Below the pieces are notes generated by a model, which saw only the letters and a list, made by a program, of their open reading frames with translations, was not told where the DNA came from and did not search any database. Both the position numbers and the translations under genes were made by a program. This document shows positions 22,050-34,600 of a stretch of DNA of 64,000 nt, one piece after another; the stretch's first letter is position 1, and each line of letters starts with the position of its first letter. This stretch comes from Diplonema japonicum (lineage: Eukaryota; Protista; Euglenozoa: Diplonemea), in contig OZ025717.1 in assembly GCA_964019335.1 (NCBI GenBank), positions 248,001 through 312,000 of the forward strand, given 5' to 3'.

Positions 22050-22835
22050 GAATATGAGAGTTCCATAATTGCACTCTTATTTTGATACGTGTAAAAAAGA
22101 AGACAAATCAGTAGACCAACAATGCTACCGTTTCTACTCTTTTTAGCAATAGCAAAAATAAATTAAAAAAAGGAGTCGATTTTTTTTAAAACCCACCCAC
22201 CCCCCCCTCTTTTTTTCTTTTTTGTTCTAGAACTGAACAGTCAGTACTAAACTAACTAAACTAACTAAAAAGCAGTCCATATGTGATTTTTCTTGGAAAA
22301 TAACCATAGTCCGACGATTTTCTTTTTTTTCTTCTTCTTTTTCTCTTTTTTTTTTTCTTGTGATATGTGGGAGGTGTTTTGACATTCAACCAAATGGATA
22401 CCAAAAGGGAAGAGAGAAAAGGAATCAAAAAGGAACTGTAATGAGGAAAAGGGGGGAGGAACAAAAGATCCTTGTCCCCCTCCATCCATGCCAAACCTTT
22501 GCTAGGAGGAAAAAAAAAGAAAAGAAGAACGACGAATGGTGAGATCGGAATATAAAAGGGAGAGGAAAAAAAAAAAAAAAAAAGAAAAAGAAAAAAAACA
22601 CTCCCACAATGATGGGTGACCCACCAACTAAAGGGAACATTTTTTTTCCTTTTTTTCCTTTTTTTTTTAAATCGCCACTCTCGAATCTTCTGGTTTTTTT
22701 TTTTTTTTTTTTTTTCCAGCATTGAACAAAGTGATATCACAGTTGCCTCTTTTTTGCCTTTAGAAACAAAAAAAAACAAAACAAAACAAAAAAAGAAGAA
22801 ATAAGGAAGGAAGAAGCGGGAGAAAAAAAAAAATA

Positions 22836-23023
22836 ACGCTTCATATCCGCTAAGTAACCCGGCCTATGTCCAAATTGGGTCACAGGTGTAAAGAACATAC
22901 ATATGTCGGACATTGGGCCCCGGGCACAAATAAATCCATTCCAGCCCCCAAAAAAGCAATTGGAATTTTTTTTAGCCCCTCAAAATGCGGGCTGTGATGG
23001 GTCACTTAGCAGATATGGAGCGT
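22836..23023. repeat. Inverted-repeat element
   Basis: ACGCTTCATATCCGCTAAGTAACCC (22836-22860) versus reverse complement of 22999-23023, ACGCTCCATATCTGCTAAGTGACCC (22/25). Confidence 0.7.
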
Positions 23024-23142
23024 AATAAAGAAAAGCCCGCAAAGAGAAAAAAAAAAAAATAATAATAAGAAAACGGATAGGAAAAAACAGCGCATTTTTT
23101 TTTTTTTTCTTCTTCTGTTCTTTCTCTTATCCAAATACGGAA

Positions 23143-23180
<38 letters not shown>

Positions 23181-23212
23181 TCGGCCTTATCAAAGTAAAC
23201 CAGCCAAAAATG

Positions 23213-26200
23213 TTAAATTATCATGAGCCCCTGCCTTGTCTGACTAAGTGTATCAGGGGTATATGTTTTACTGCGTGTCAGCAAAGGGAGCCGTCTCCGA
23301 GAGTCAAGGGGCGGCCTAGTGGATCTGCTAAGCAGGCTCATTAGAGGCTTAACATCTAGTCGGGACCCTGGTGACCCTGGTGAACTTGGAGAGCTTGGTT
23401 GTGCTCTGGGGCTTCTTAAAGTACTTGAACTCACAACTCTGCTGACATCTTCTGGCTGGTACTCGTGATACAGCGATTGGAGTGACTGCTCTGACTGGCA
23501 GATGGCACCTAGTTCCATGATGGTTGTTCCTTTGCTCTGCTCTTGCCACTTCTCCACATTCCCTGCCCTTGCTGCCCGAACAGCATCCCAGCGCCTTCCT
23601 ATCTTCACGTCAAGGGCGTATAGGATCAGGTCGTACGCTCCTTTGAATATCATGATCATCGCTGTGGCAAACAGTAGGTACGCCGCCCACTTCATCATCA
23701 CTGCACTCCCACCCACCCCGATCGCTATCGCCATCAGCAGGACAGCCACGAACATCAACCCGCTCAGTACCGTCGCTGTTATCATGTCAAGTGTCGAGTT
23801 ATAAGGGCGGAGGGTCACAATCGCCAGGAAGAAGAAGAACAGTAAAACGGTGATCAGGATGTTCCTGAACATGCACATGTCCCTCCCGTCTGGCTTCCAA
23901 GCAGAGGACAGAGATAGGGCAAGGATCTGCGCCATCTCCACAAGGGAGAACCAGTGGAAGTTATTCCTGTACTGCTCGAAGAAGATCCCGTACTGCTCCA
24001 CAAAATAGTCGGGTGCCCCGTCCTTCCGAACCCACACTTCTTTCCCAAAGGCCAGGATGTAAATTCTTCGCTTCCACCCAGTGTACACAGAAGCTTCTTC
24101 CTGCTTGTCCCCATCAAGCAAGCCGCCCTCGCTTCCCTTGAAGCCCTTCACGAGTTCTGCCGCGTTGCTGTCTATCTTCGGGTCGGGAACAGTTGTTGCC
24201 TTGAACTTGCCCCTCCGCAACAACGTCATCCACATGACGACAGGGAGGGACAAGCAGAGCGTGAGAACGATAATCCCAACAATTGCAACCCAGGCGGGTG
24301 CCCGAGAGGGGAAGAAGGCAAGGTTCGAGGCCGCAATTGAAGTCCCTGTGAGAAGCCACACCATCGGGATGTAGACCAGACCAGGTGCCCTGACGTAGAA
24401 GATTGCCGTTTCCCAAGGTACACTCAGCCATGCCACCTGTGCCCATGCTATCACGTAGTTCAGTGCGAAGAAGACCACCACAATCCCAAGGTTGGAGACA
24501 ACAGCCCCCAAGAAGTACTTCTGCGCGTGGTCCCCGATCCCAATCCCAAGGGGGTGGAACTCCCAATCCAGAGGCTCCCCACCCCCAAGGTCGATGTCCT
24601 CAACCTCGCAGTCCATCCCAATCACAGCAGCAAGCTTCGCACCACCAGGGTTCACTACGGTGGCACCAGAGGCGGCTGTTCGTGTTACCTTCTTCTCAGA
24701 GGATGGGAGCACTTGCCCAGGAACGGGTGTGCGTGTTGGGAGAACCGCATCCTCTTTTGGTGGTACTGGTGTCGGAGCCACTGTGGCTGGTGACTGTGAC
24801 GGTACCACTGTGACAGGCACTTCTGTCGTCTTGAAGGGGGGAGTGGTGACGGGTGCTGCAGTATGTGGAAGTGGGGTAGCTGGTGAGGATGTGACAGGCA
24901 CAGGGGTGGAAGGGGCAGGCGTGCGAGGCGCCGAAGTTTGTGGGACAAGTGTCCTAGGAATAGGCGTCGAGGGTGCTAGGGTCAGAGGAACAGGGGTTCT
25001 TGGTACTGAAGTCACTGGTGCTAGAGTATTGGGAATTGACGTCCGAGGCACAAAAGTAATTGGCACAGGGGTTAAGGGCACTAGTGTGCTGGGCGCAGTC
25101 GTTGAAGGCGATGCCGAAGGTATGCTCGTGTCAGGAGTAGGGGTTTGTGGAGCTGGTGATGGTGGGGCAGGTGTTTCAGGGGCTTGAGTTAATGGAGCCT
25201 TGGTTAGAGGAGTGGGTGTATCAGGGGAAGGTGTTTGTGGAGCCGAAGTTGGTGGCGAAGGTGTACGGGGAACAAGAGTCTGAGGGGCTGGTGTTGGGGG
25301 TGCAGCTGTTTTCGGTGCCGTAGTGAGTGGTGCCGGAGTAGCAGGGGCTGATGTCGGGGGTGCAGGGGTGAAAGGTGCTGAAGTAGCAGGTACGGGTGAT
25401 AATGGAGAAGGAGTGAGAGGTGATAGCGTCGGGGGTGCGGGTGTTAGTGGTCCTGAAGTAGCAGGAGCTGGTGTTTGCGGCGCAGGAGTAGCAGGTGCCG
25501 GAGTTGCAGGGGCGGGAGTGGCAGGGGCTGGAGTTGCAGGGGCTGGAGTAGAAGGTGCTGGAGTAGCAGGGGCTGGAGTTGCAGGTGCCGGAGTAGCAGG
25601 GGCTGGAGTTGCAGGTGCCGGAGTTGCAGGGGCGGAAGTTGCAGGGGCTGGCGTGGCAGGGGCTGGAGTTGCAGGTGCCGGAGTAGCAGGGGCTGGCGTG
25701 GCAGGTGCTGGAGTTGCAGGTGCCGGAGTAGCAGGTGCTGGAGTTGCAGGGGCTGGCGTGGCAGGGGCTGGAGTTGCAGGTGCGGGAGTGGCAGGTGCTG
25801 GAGTTGCAGGTGCCGGAGTTGCAGGGGCTGGAGTGGCAGGGGCTGGAGTTGCAGGTGCCGGAGTAGCAGGTGCTGGAGTTGCAGGGGCTGGCGTGGCAGG
25901 GGCTGGAGTTGCAGGTGCGGGAGTGGCAGGGGCTGGAGTTGCAGGGGCTGGCGTGGCAGGTGCTGGAGTGGCAGGGGCTGAGGTGTCAGGTGCTGGCGTG
26001 GCAGGTGCTGGAGTGGCAGGGGCTGGAGTTGCAGGTGCTGGAGTTGCAGGGGCTGGAGTTGCAGGTGCCGGAGTTGCAGGGGCTGGAGTGGCAGGGGCTG
26101 GCGTGGCAGGTGCCGGAGTTGCAGGTGCCGGAGTGGCAGGGGCTGGAGTTGCAGGTGCCGGAGTTGCAGGGGCTGGCGTGGCAGGTGCTGGAGTTGCAGG

Positions 26201-27913
26201 GGCTGGAGTTGCAGGTGCCGGAGTTGCAGGGGCTGGAGTGGCAGGTGCCGGAGTTGCAGGTGCGGGAGTGGCAGGTGCGGGAGTTGCAGGGGCTGGAGTT
26301 GCAGGGGCTGGAGTTGCAGGGGCTGGAGTGGCAGGGGCGGGAGTTGCAGGTGCCGGAGTTGCAGGGGCTGGCGTGGCAGGTGCTGGAGTTGCAGGGGCTG
26401 GAGTTGCAGGTGCCGGAGTTGCAGGGGCTGGAGTGGCAGGTGCCGGAGTTGCAGGTGCGGGAGTGGCAGGTGCGGGAGTTGCAGGGGCTGGAGTTGCAGG
26501 GGCTGGAGTGGCAGGTGCTGGAGTGGCAGGGGCTGGAGTTGCAGGTGCCGGAGTTGCAGGGGCTGGCGTGGCAGGGGCTGGAGTTGCAGGTGCTGGCGTG
26601 GCAGGTGCCGGAGTTGCAGGTGCCGGAGTGGCAGGGGCTGGAGTTGCAGGTGCGGGAGTAGCAGGGGCTGGCGTGGCAGGGGCTGGCGTGGCAGGGGCTG
26701 GAGTTGCAGGTGCTGGCGTGGCAGGTGCCGGAGTTGCAGGGGCTGGAGTTGCAGGTGCGGGAGTTGCAGGTGCGGAGGTTGAAGGAGCTGAAGTTTCCCA
26801 CACCTCCCATTTGTAGCACAAATGCTGATAAGATTTACTGCACTCAACGTCAATCAGCCCAGGACCGGTACTGTACTGGTACCTCGCACACTTTACTGTC
26901 AGAGAGTTGGGCTGCTCGGCCGATTCGCACGCATTACCAGCAAGGAGCCAACTGGCTTGCTTGTGTCGCCCATCACCACACCACACACCTGTGTAGCTGA
27001 AAGGCGTCCCGTCTTCCCACTCCCAGTTCCACGATGCCTTTGTGAGGTCGGGCCTTGGCCCCGGGGCTGTCATTCCAACCCAGTACGCACCCCCAGTGCG
27101 TACCCTGCTGTACATGAGGTCGTCCCATTCGTTACTGACGCTGACAAGGTGCCCGCTGGAGCATTTCGAAGCGTCGAAGCTACTAGCAGAGGTGAACCAG
27201 TGGCACTTGTCGTTGTAGAAGAAGTTCAGACTGTTCGAGCAGGGGTAGGTTCCAGTGTGTAATGTCACGCCGTAGATGGCAGAGATAGACTGCATAGCGG
27301 TGTTCGACTGCACGGTGTTGGTGTTGGACAGGATGCACCCAATGGTGAAGAATGTGGGGGTCCTGATGGCAGCAAAGGGAACGGCGGTGACCTTCTTCTC
27401 GCCGTTCATCCAGAGGGTCACCCTTCTGGTTGTGGTGTCGAAGTAAATGGTGAAGTGGTTCCACACCGCGTCAACATTCGTAAGACTGAACACAGACGCT
27501 ACTGCAGGTGAGTAGGTGTACATGGTGAGCGAGGAGTCGCTTCTTATGTAGAGGGCCATCCCGTCCGGACTGCTTGTTGCCCACCCGAAAACGGCTTGAT
27601 CGTTTTTGCCAGTGCCTGAACCCTTTTTCCGAAGCCAGAATGAGACGGTGATGTGTTGGCTTAGATCAGTGTTGCTGTTGGTCGACACCTTAGAACACGC
27701 GTTGGGTGTTCCGTCATACCGGGCTACCTTCGAATTGGTCCACGCATCTGTCACGAAGCTTATGCCATTTCCTACAGCCAAGTTGTTCCCGTTCCCTGTG
27801 GCGTCATTCCCCGTCCCGTCGCTGTACCACTCTGATACTTTCGCGTATCCCACCACAGCTTGCACACAATGCAGCACCAGTATGGCTGTTAGAAGGCCAT
27901 TCGCCCTCACCAT
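23213..27913 (-). CDS. Surface protein B: signal peptide, LamG, C-type lectin, (ATPAP)n stalk, 7TM
   Basis: ATG at 27913 just after CCAG/GTG. Same head motifs as A; C...EPLDWEFHP...GAVVSN precedes seven TM segments; Ser/Pro-rich tail. Confidence 0.82.
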   Translation of the reverse strand: MVRANGLLTAILVLHCVQAVVGYAKVSEWYSDGTGNDATGNGNNLAVGNGISFVTDAWTNSKVARYDGTPNACSKVSTNSNTDLSQHITVSFWLRKKGSGTGKNDQAVFGWATSSPDGMALYIRSDSSLTMYTYSPAVASVFSLTNVDAVWNHFTIYFDTTTRRVTLWMNGEKKVTAVPFAAIRTPTFFTIGCILSNTNTVQSNTAMQSISAIYGVTLHTGTYPCSNSLNFFYNDKCHWFTSASSFDASKCSSGHLVSVSNEWDDLMYSRVRTGGAYWVGMTAPGPRPDLTKASWNWEWEDGTPFSYTGVWCGDGRHKQASWLLAGNACESAEQPNSLTVKCARYQYSTGPGLIDVECSKSYQHLCYKWEVWETSAPSTSAPATPAPATPAPATPAPATPAPATPAPATPAPATPAPATPAPATPAPATPAPATPAPATPAPATPAPATPAPATPAPATPAPATPAPATPAPATPAPATPAPATPAPATPAPATPAPATPAPATPAPATPAPATPAPATPAPATPAPATPAPATPAPATPAPATPAPATPAPATPAPATPAPATPAPATPAPATPAPATPAPATPAPATPAPATPAPATPAPATPAPATPAPATPAPATPAPATPAPATPAPATPAPATPAPDTSAPATPAPATPAPATPAPATPAPATPAPATPAPATPAPATPAPATPAPATPAPATPAPATPAPATPAPATPAPATPAPATPAPATPAPATPAPATPAPATPAPATPAPATPAPATSAPATPAPATPAPATPAPATPAPATPAPSTPAPATPAPATPAPATPAPATPAPQTPAPATSGPLTPAPPTLSPLTPSPLSPVPATSAPFTPAPPTSAPATPAPLTTAPKTAAPPTPAPQTLVPRTPSPPTSAPQTPSPDTPTPLTKAPLTQAPETPAPPSPAPQTPTPDTSIPSASPSTTAPSTLVPLTPVPITFVPRTSIPNTLAPVTSVPRTPVPLTLAPSTPIPRTLVPQTSAPRTPAPSTPVPVTSSPATPLPHTAAPVTTPPFKTTEVPVTVVPSQSPATVAPTPVPPKEDAVLPTRTPVPGQVLPSSEKKVTRTAASGATVVNPGGAKLAAVIGMDCEVEDIDLGGGEPLDWEFHPLGIGIGDHAQKYFLGAVVSNLGIVVVFFALNYVIAWAQVAWLSVPWETAIFYVRAPGLVYIPMVWLLTGTSIAASNLAFFPSRAPAWVAIVGIIVLTLCLSLPVVMWMTLLRRGKFKATTVPDPKIDSNAAELVKGFKGSEGGLLDGDKQEEASVYTGWKRRIYILAFGKEVWVRKDGAPDYFVEQYGIFFEQYRNNFHWFSLVEMAQILALSLSSAWKPDGRDMCMFRNILITVLLFFFFLAIVTLRPYNSTLDMITATVLSGLMFVAVLLMAIAIGVGGSAVMMKWAAYLLFATAMIMIFKGAYDLILYALDVKIGRRWDAVRAARAGNVEKWQEQSKGTTIMELGAICQSEQSLQSLYHEYQPEDVSRVVSSSTLRSPRAQPSSPSSPGSPGSRLDVKPLMSLLSRSTRPPLDSRRRLPLLTRSKTYTPDTLSQTRQGLMII
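25480..26775. repeat. Coding 15-bp minisatellite (about 85 x ATPAP)
   Basis: (GGMGTDGCAGGKGCB)n; variation almost entirely synonymous. Confidence 0.95.
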
Positions 27914-29297
27914 CACCTGGATATGTATTTTTTTTATTTTTATTTTTGAGAAACAGTGTATAATTTACTAAATAATACTTCCCCCATGTAAGACTTTTGG
28001 CTTTTTTTTTTTTTTTTAAATTGGGATCGATGAGCCAGGGGGAAAAAAAAGGTGTTTCTCCTTTTCTTTTTCTTTTTCTGGTATCCCCGTTTTTTTTTTT
28101 TTTTTTGGGAGGAAAAGAAAAAGGGGGTAGAATTGGGGGGGGGGGGGGGGGGTGGTCCTAACAAAACAGTGTGATTTAAAGTTTGTTAAATGGGGTTCTC
28201 CTTCCTACCCCCCCTTTTTTTTAAATTATTCTCCTCTCTCAGATACAAGTATAGCAGTTTAGAAAAAAATGTAGCTTTGTTTGCATTTCAAAAGAAAGTC
28301 CAAAAACAAAGGGGGGGTGATAAAAAGTGTTTTTTTTTTTGCACTCTCCTCAAATTTTTCACTTCACTCGGTGGAATGCAAACTGAGAGCAAAATAAAAT
28401 AAAAAAGCATGAAAAAAAGAGAGAGAACAGCGGGTAGGTCAAAAAAAAAAAGAAGGCGATGTTTAAGGGTAAATCCCACTTGAGGACCACCCTAAGAAAA
28501 AAAGAAAAATAATTATTGATATTTTTGTAGTTAATAAAGTAACTTATATTTCCTCCCCCCCCTCGTGACTAAGGTACAAAGCAAATATCAGCCCAAGGGG
28601 AAGAACAAAAAAAAATTACTTTAGATACAAAAACCTGTAATTATTTTTCGCGTATTGTTCATTTTTACCTGAAAAATGCAGCCTTTTTTTTTTTTTTTTT
28701 TTTTTTATTCTCTCAGACGGCTAAACTAACTACTGTTGCCCAGCCAAAAAAATGCCAGATTACTGGAATCTATTCTTATTTCTTCTTCTTCGGGAGAAAA
28801 AAAAAACTCAAAGTGCAGGACGAACCCCCTCATGGAGGGCCGCCCTTCAAAAAAAAAAAGTGACATAGATTCACATGGTGCCCAAACAGCTAGGGGGTAA
28901 GAAGAAGAAAAAGATCGATAAAGTTTCAGTGCAAGGGAGTGCTAACTGTTTATGGGAAAAAAAAAAAAAAAAAAAAAAAAAAAAGGAGGAGACCATTTAG
29001 AAGCTACGCTGACCCAAGTCACAACTTTCATCGAATATAGAATAGTAAGGATGGACAACTCTCTCTCTCCATCGAGACAATGCCATTCCTCTAGAAAAAA
29101 GAAGGAGAAAAAAAAAACACAGCCGAGGCCTCGGTCTCGTAAGGGATACGTGGTGTGAAAAGGTAAACGACTCAGACACCGCATCTACTTGTTATGCCTA
29201 TTCTTACGTAGTAAAGCCCTCTGACTGGGGGGGGGGGGGGGGGGGGGGAGGGAGGGAGGGGAGGATTAAAACAAAACCAAAAAACAAAACCAATTTT

Positions 29298-29332
<35 letters not shown>

Positions 29333-30920
29333 AACTCCTCCAGGTGTTGTTTTTGTTAGGCAACCCTTCAAGGGCTTGTTCTACCAGCGGTCTGCTACCA
29401 TCCACTGGGGGAAATTAAAACGGTTAAGATGGTAGAAGAAGAGGGAAAAAGAAAAGAAAAAAAGAGAGAGAAAGAAAAGAAAAGAAAAAAAAAGACTCGT
29501 TGTATCTACTGGCCGTAGGGTTTCTTCCCGTATTTTTTTCCTTTCCTTTCCTTTTTTCTTTTCTTTTTTTTTCTCTCTCTCTTATTTCTCCTCTTCTTCT
29601 TCGTGATCTTTCTAAAAAAAGAAAATAAGAATAAAAACAAAACCAAAAAAAAAATCGCTTGATTATCAGTTCAATCTAATACATTAATACACTTTTTTTA
29701 TTTTATTTTACTTTTTTTTTTTTAAGTTTTTGCTTGACGATTGGCGCGAAAGGGAGGGCACCCGCAGGTGGGGGGGGGGGGGGGGGTGGAGTTTTTTGTT
29801 GTTCTTTCTTTTTTTTTTTCTTCATAGTTTTTTTTTTTTTTTTTTCCTTCTTTCAAGAGAGAAAAATATTATGGAGTGAGCCATCTTTAGCTAAAGAAAG
29901 AAAAAAAAAATTCGATTCAAATAAAAACAATTGCCCCTTTTCACCCAAAATTTTTTAATCTGCTAAAACACCCCCCCCCCCAAAGGGAAAGGGAGAGGGA
30001 AAGAGATCCGTGGAGGAGAGGAACAAGGGGGGGGGGATTATTTTAACCCTTAGCGGCTACCAGAGGGTGCTATGGTGTGACACATGCCAAGACGGCAGCC
30101 AAGAGGTGTGAAAGAAAACACGCGCCGCGTATGTTTCCCCCTCTTCAGTGTTTTCTTTTTTTTTTTTTTTTTTTAGAAATCTAAAGGGAATAAAATAAAA
30201 TAACGAGGCAGCTTGTGCGATTTCTTTTTTTTTTTTTTTTTTCGAAGGCTCCCTTCGACCCCTCTTCTTTCCTGTGTCTTCTTCTTTCTTTTTTTTTTTT
30301 TGTTAGCCTCATAGTAGATATCACCCCTTTCTCTCTTTTTTTTTCTTTTTCTTTTTTCTTCTTTTTTTCTTCTCGCTTTAAGTCGTAGTCTTACTGGAAC
30401 TAGACATCTCCCGACTCGCGCTGGGGAAGGGGAGGGGGGAAACATGTCGGCAATGATCCTTTTAGTACAAAAAAGAAATGATTTTTCTTTCTTTCTTACG
30501 TGTTTCACTCTGATTCGGGAGTGGTGTAAACAACTAACACCTTCACCATCCTGAGAGAGAAAAAAAAAAAAAAAAAAAAAAAAAAAGATGTGTTTGAAAA
30601 AAAGAGAGAGAGAAAGAGAAACAAATGGAGTCCATGAAGGGAAAAAAGAAAAACAAAAAAAAACCTTTTTATTCACTTTTGCATCGCAGTGTCCTCAGAT
30701 TGCCCTTTTGCGATTTGCGACAAATGTATCCTTTCCTTTTTTCACTTTTTTTTTTTTTTTTTAAAGGGGAGATAAAAAAAAATAAATAAATGAATAAATA
30801 AATAGGGACAACTGGCTTTGCGGCGCAGTGAAGGGGGGGGACAAAAAATAGATTTGGCATGACATTTTTTTTTTTGCAATTTGCGAAAGTCAGTTTTTCT
30901 TTAGCTTGCAGGCTTTTTTT

Positions 30921-30953
<33 letters not shown>

Positions 30954-31677
30954 AAAGAAGTTAAAAGTACGGCTCACACATGTATAGGGCCCTTGTGCTT
31001 ACAGCACGGTACCTTTACTATGGGATCACGAATAATTTCGTACTTTTTCTTTTTTCCCTCAAAAAGGCAAGTCTCGCAGAAGCTTTGTGTCTACTCCTAA
31101 AGATAGAGAAGGAAAAAAAAAGGGGGGAAAAAAACGGGCTGGAGAGGCCCCGACACAAAGTTTGGGTGTTTTGTTTGCGTTTGTTGTTTTGTTTTTTTAT
31201 TGATTTATTTTTCGCTCGTTTTTTTTCCCCCCCTTCTTTTCTTCTTCAAAAAATGAAGAAAGTCCGGAAGGGGTGGAAAAAAAAAAAAAAAGAGGGGGAG
31301 AGGGGGAAAGAAAACATGGATGTTGCTGCATTTTATTTTTTTTTGACTACAGGGGCTCAAAAAAAAATGAGGGTTCTTTTTTATCGTTTCGATTTTCCCA
31401 CTCCCTCCATCGCTTTTTTTTTTTTTTTTTTTTTTTTCCTCAAGGCGAAAAATAAACTCAGACCTTCCCATCGAAGAGGAGGACCACCTTTTATTATTAT
31501 TATTATTGTTTTATTTTTAATATTTGGACTTTTTTTTTTAGTATAGAACTTCATTTGCAATATGCATTTTTTTTTTTTTTTATATATAAAAACTTCTTCC
31601 CTCCCGTCGGGACGGCCATTAAAAACTAAAAAAAAAAAAAAAAAAAAAAAAGAGAAAGAAAAAAAAAAAAAGAAAAC

Positions 31678-34600
31678 TCAAATACTAAATAGTAATGTTT
31701 CGCCCTGCTTTCTCCCAGAAAAGGTGCGACTCCTCGTCATTGCTTTATTACCAGGCTTTGATTGGGCGGGAGAAGCACGTCCCCCGAAAGACTTACTCGT
31801 ATCATCAAGCGGTTTATTCAGCAGGTCGAGAAGGGGCTTGATCATATCGAGCTGCGAATCATTCGCACTTGCCCTTGCAGTGTGAAAGGTCTCAACAAAA
31901 AGATCTACATCCTCCTCGCCATCCGAGGGCTTTGAGTCATACACCTCGATCGGGGAGTAAGGGGAAATCTCCAGATCCATCTCTTTTGATGGTGCTTCCT
32001 TCCTCCCTTTCCACACATCAACATTCCCTGCCCTTGCTGCCCGAACAGCATCCCAGCGCCTTCCTATCTTCACGTCAAGGGCGTACAGGATCAGGTCGTA
32101 TACTCCTTTGAACATCATGATCAGTGCTGTCAAGAACAGTAGGTACGCCGCCCACTTCATCATCACCTCACTCCCACCCACCCCGATCGCTATCGCCATC
32201 AGCAGGACAGCCACGAACATCAACCCGCTCATTGCCGTCGCTGTTATCATGTCAAGTGTCGAGTTGTAAGGGCGGAGGGTCACAATCGCCAGGAAGAAGA
32301 AGAACAGAACAAGGGTGATCAAGACGTTCCTGAACATGCACATCCCATGGTTGTGAGGCTTCCAAGCAGAGGTCAAGGCCAAGGCCAGCATCTGCACCAT
32401 CTCCACAATGGAGAACCAGTGGAAGCTGTGCCTGTACTGCTCGAAGAAGAGCCCGTACTGCTCCACAAAGTAGTCGGGTGCCCCGTCCTTCCGAACCCAT
32501 ACTTCTGACCCATAGACAAGGATGTAAGCAGTGCGCTTCCACCCAGTGTACACAATCACCTGTTTATTGTCGTCCTCACCGTCCTTCCCGAAGTTGTTCA
32601 CGATGACAGCCGCATCCTCGTTGATCTTCGCGTCGGGAACAGTTGTTGCCTTGAACTTGCCCCTCCGCAACAACGTCATCCACATGACGACAGGGAGGGA
32701 TATGCAGAGCGTGAGAACGATAAAGCCGACTAAGGCGACCCAGGCGGGTGCCCGAGAGGGGAAGAAGGCAAGGTTCGAGGCCGCAATGCTGGTCCCCATC
32801 AGCAGCCAAACCATCGGGATGTAGACCAGACCAGGTGCCCTGACGTAGAAGATTGCCGTTTCCCAAGGTACACCCAGCCATGCCACTTGTGCCCATGCTA
32901 TCGCATAGTTCAGTGCGAAGAAAACCACCATGATCCCAAGGTTGAAGACAACAGCCCCCAAGAAGTACTTCTGCGCGTGGTCCCCGATCCCAATGCCAAT
33001 GGGGTGGAACTCCCAATCCAGAGGCTCCCCACCCCCAAGGTCGATGTCCTCAACCTCGCATTCCATCCCAATCACAGCAGCAAGCTTTCCACCATTTGTG
33101 CCAACAGCAGCAGCACCAGAACTACTTTTTTTTACTGCATTTTTCGCGTTGACTGGGAATGTTGTCCCAGGTGCTGGTGTTGGTCTAAGGATTTCTTTCT
33201 CATTGGGAATGCTCGTCTCGGGCCCTGTCCCGGTGGGTGTGGGCTCCGATGTCTGCTGAGGCTTTGGTGTCAGTGGAGAGTAGGTGCCAGGCGCTTCTGT
33301 CGGGGGCAATGGCACTGCTGTTGGTGCGAGAGTTAGCGGTGCTGTTGTTGGGTTCTGGCTCTTCGGTACGCTTGTGAAGGCCTCCTTCGGGGCTTCAGTG
33401 GGTATGGTAGTCGAAGGTGCTGGTGTTAAGGGAGTGAAGGTACCAGGGGCAGGTGTTGGGGCAGCTGTGGGTTGTGCCGTGGGTTCATCAGTGCTGGGAG
33501 ACTGTGTCGGTGCTACTGTCGGTGTCACGGTATTCGGAGCGCCTGTAGGGACGGCTGTAGGAACAGTGGTGCTTGGCGCTTGTGTTGGCACTGCTGTCGG
33601 TGCCGAAGTGGTGGGTGAGGTAGTAGGAATAGCTGTGGGTGTTCCCGTTGACGGGGCTGGCGTTTGTGGTGCGTCCGTAGGCACGCCGGTCGGGGGAACC
33701 TGTGTAGCAGGGGCTTCAGTAGCTGGTGCTACAGTTGGCACAGCCGTTGGAACAAGTGTAGCAGGGGCTACAGTTGGCACAGCTGTTGGAACAAGCGTAG
33801 CAGGGGCTACAGTAGGCACAGCCGTTGGAACAAGTGTAGCAGGGGCTACAGTCGGGGGGGCTATGGTATCACCGGGCGTCAATGTTTGAGGTGCTAGAGT
33901 ATCAGGTGCTCCCGTTGCAGGAGCAAGTGTTTTAGGGGCCTGGGTGTCAGGTGCAATTGTATCCGGGGCTGTCGTATCAGGTGCCACTGTGTCTGGAGCT
34001 GTTGTGTCTGGCGCCACTGTATCTGGGGCTGTCGTGTCAGGAGCTGTTGTGTCTGGCGCCATAGTATCAGGAGCTGTTGTGTCTGGGGCTGTTGTATCAG
34101 GAACCATTGTGTCTGGTGCTGTTGTGTCTGGGGCTGTCGTATCAGGAACCATTGTGTCAGGAGCCGTTGTGTCTGGGGCTGTCGTGTCTGGCGCCATTGT
34201 GTCGGGAGCTGTCGTATCAGGAGCTGTTGTGTCAGGAGCCATTGTGTCTGGGGCTGTCGTGTCTGGCGCCATTGTGTCGGGAGCTGTCGTAGCAGGTGCT
34301 GTTGTGTCAGGAGCCATTGTGTCCGGGGCTGTCGTGTCTGGCGCCATTGTGTCGGGAGCTGTCGTATCAGGTGCCGTTGTGTCTGGAGCTGTTGTGTCTG
34401 GTGCCACTGTGTCTGGGGCTGCTGTGTCAGGAGCCGTTGTATTAGGAGCCATTGTGTCTGGGGCTGTTGTATCAGGAGCTGTTGTGTCTGGTGCCGCTGT
34501 GTCAGGAGCTGTTGTGTCTGGGGCTACAGTATCAGGAGCCATTGTGTCTGGGGCTACAGTATCAGGAGCTGTTGTGTCTGGGGCTACAGTATCAGGAGCT

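Noticed and set aside
30043-30110. TTAACCCTT piggyBac-like mini element
   Set aside because: Right end is too degenerate and lacks TTAA.
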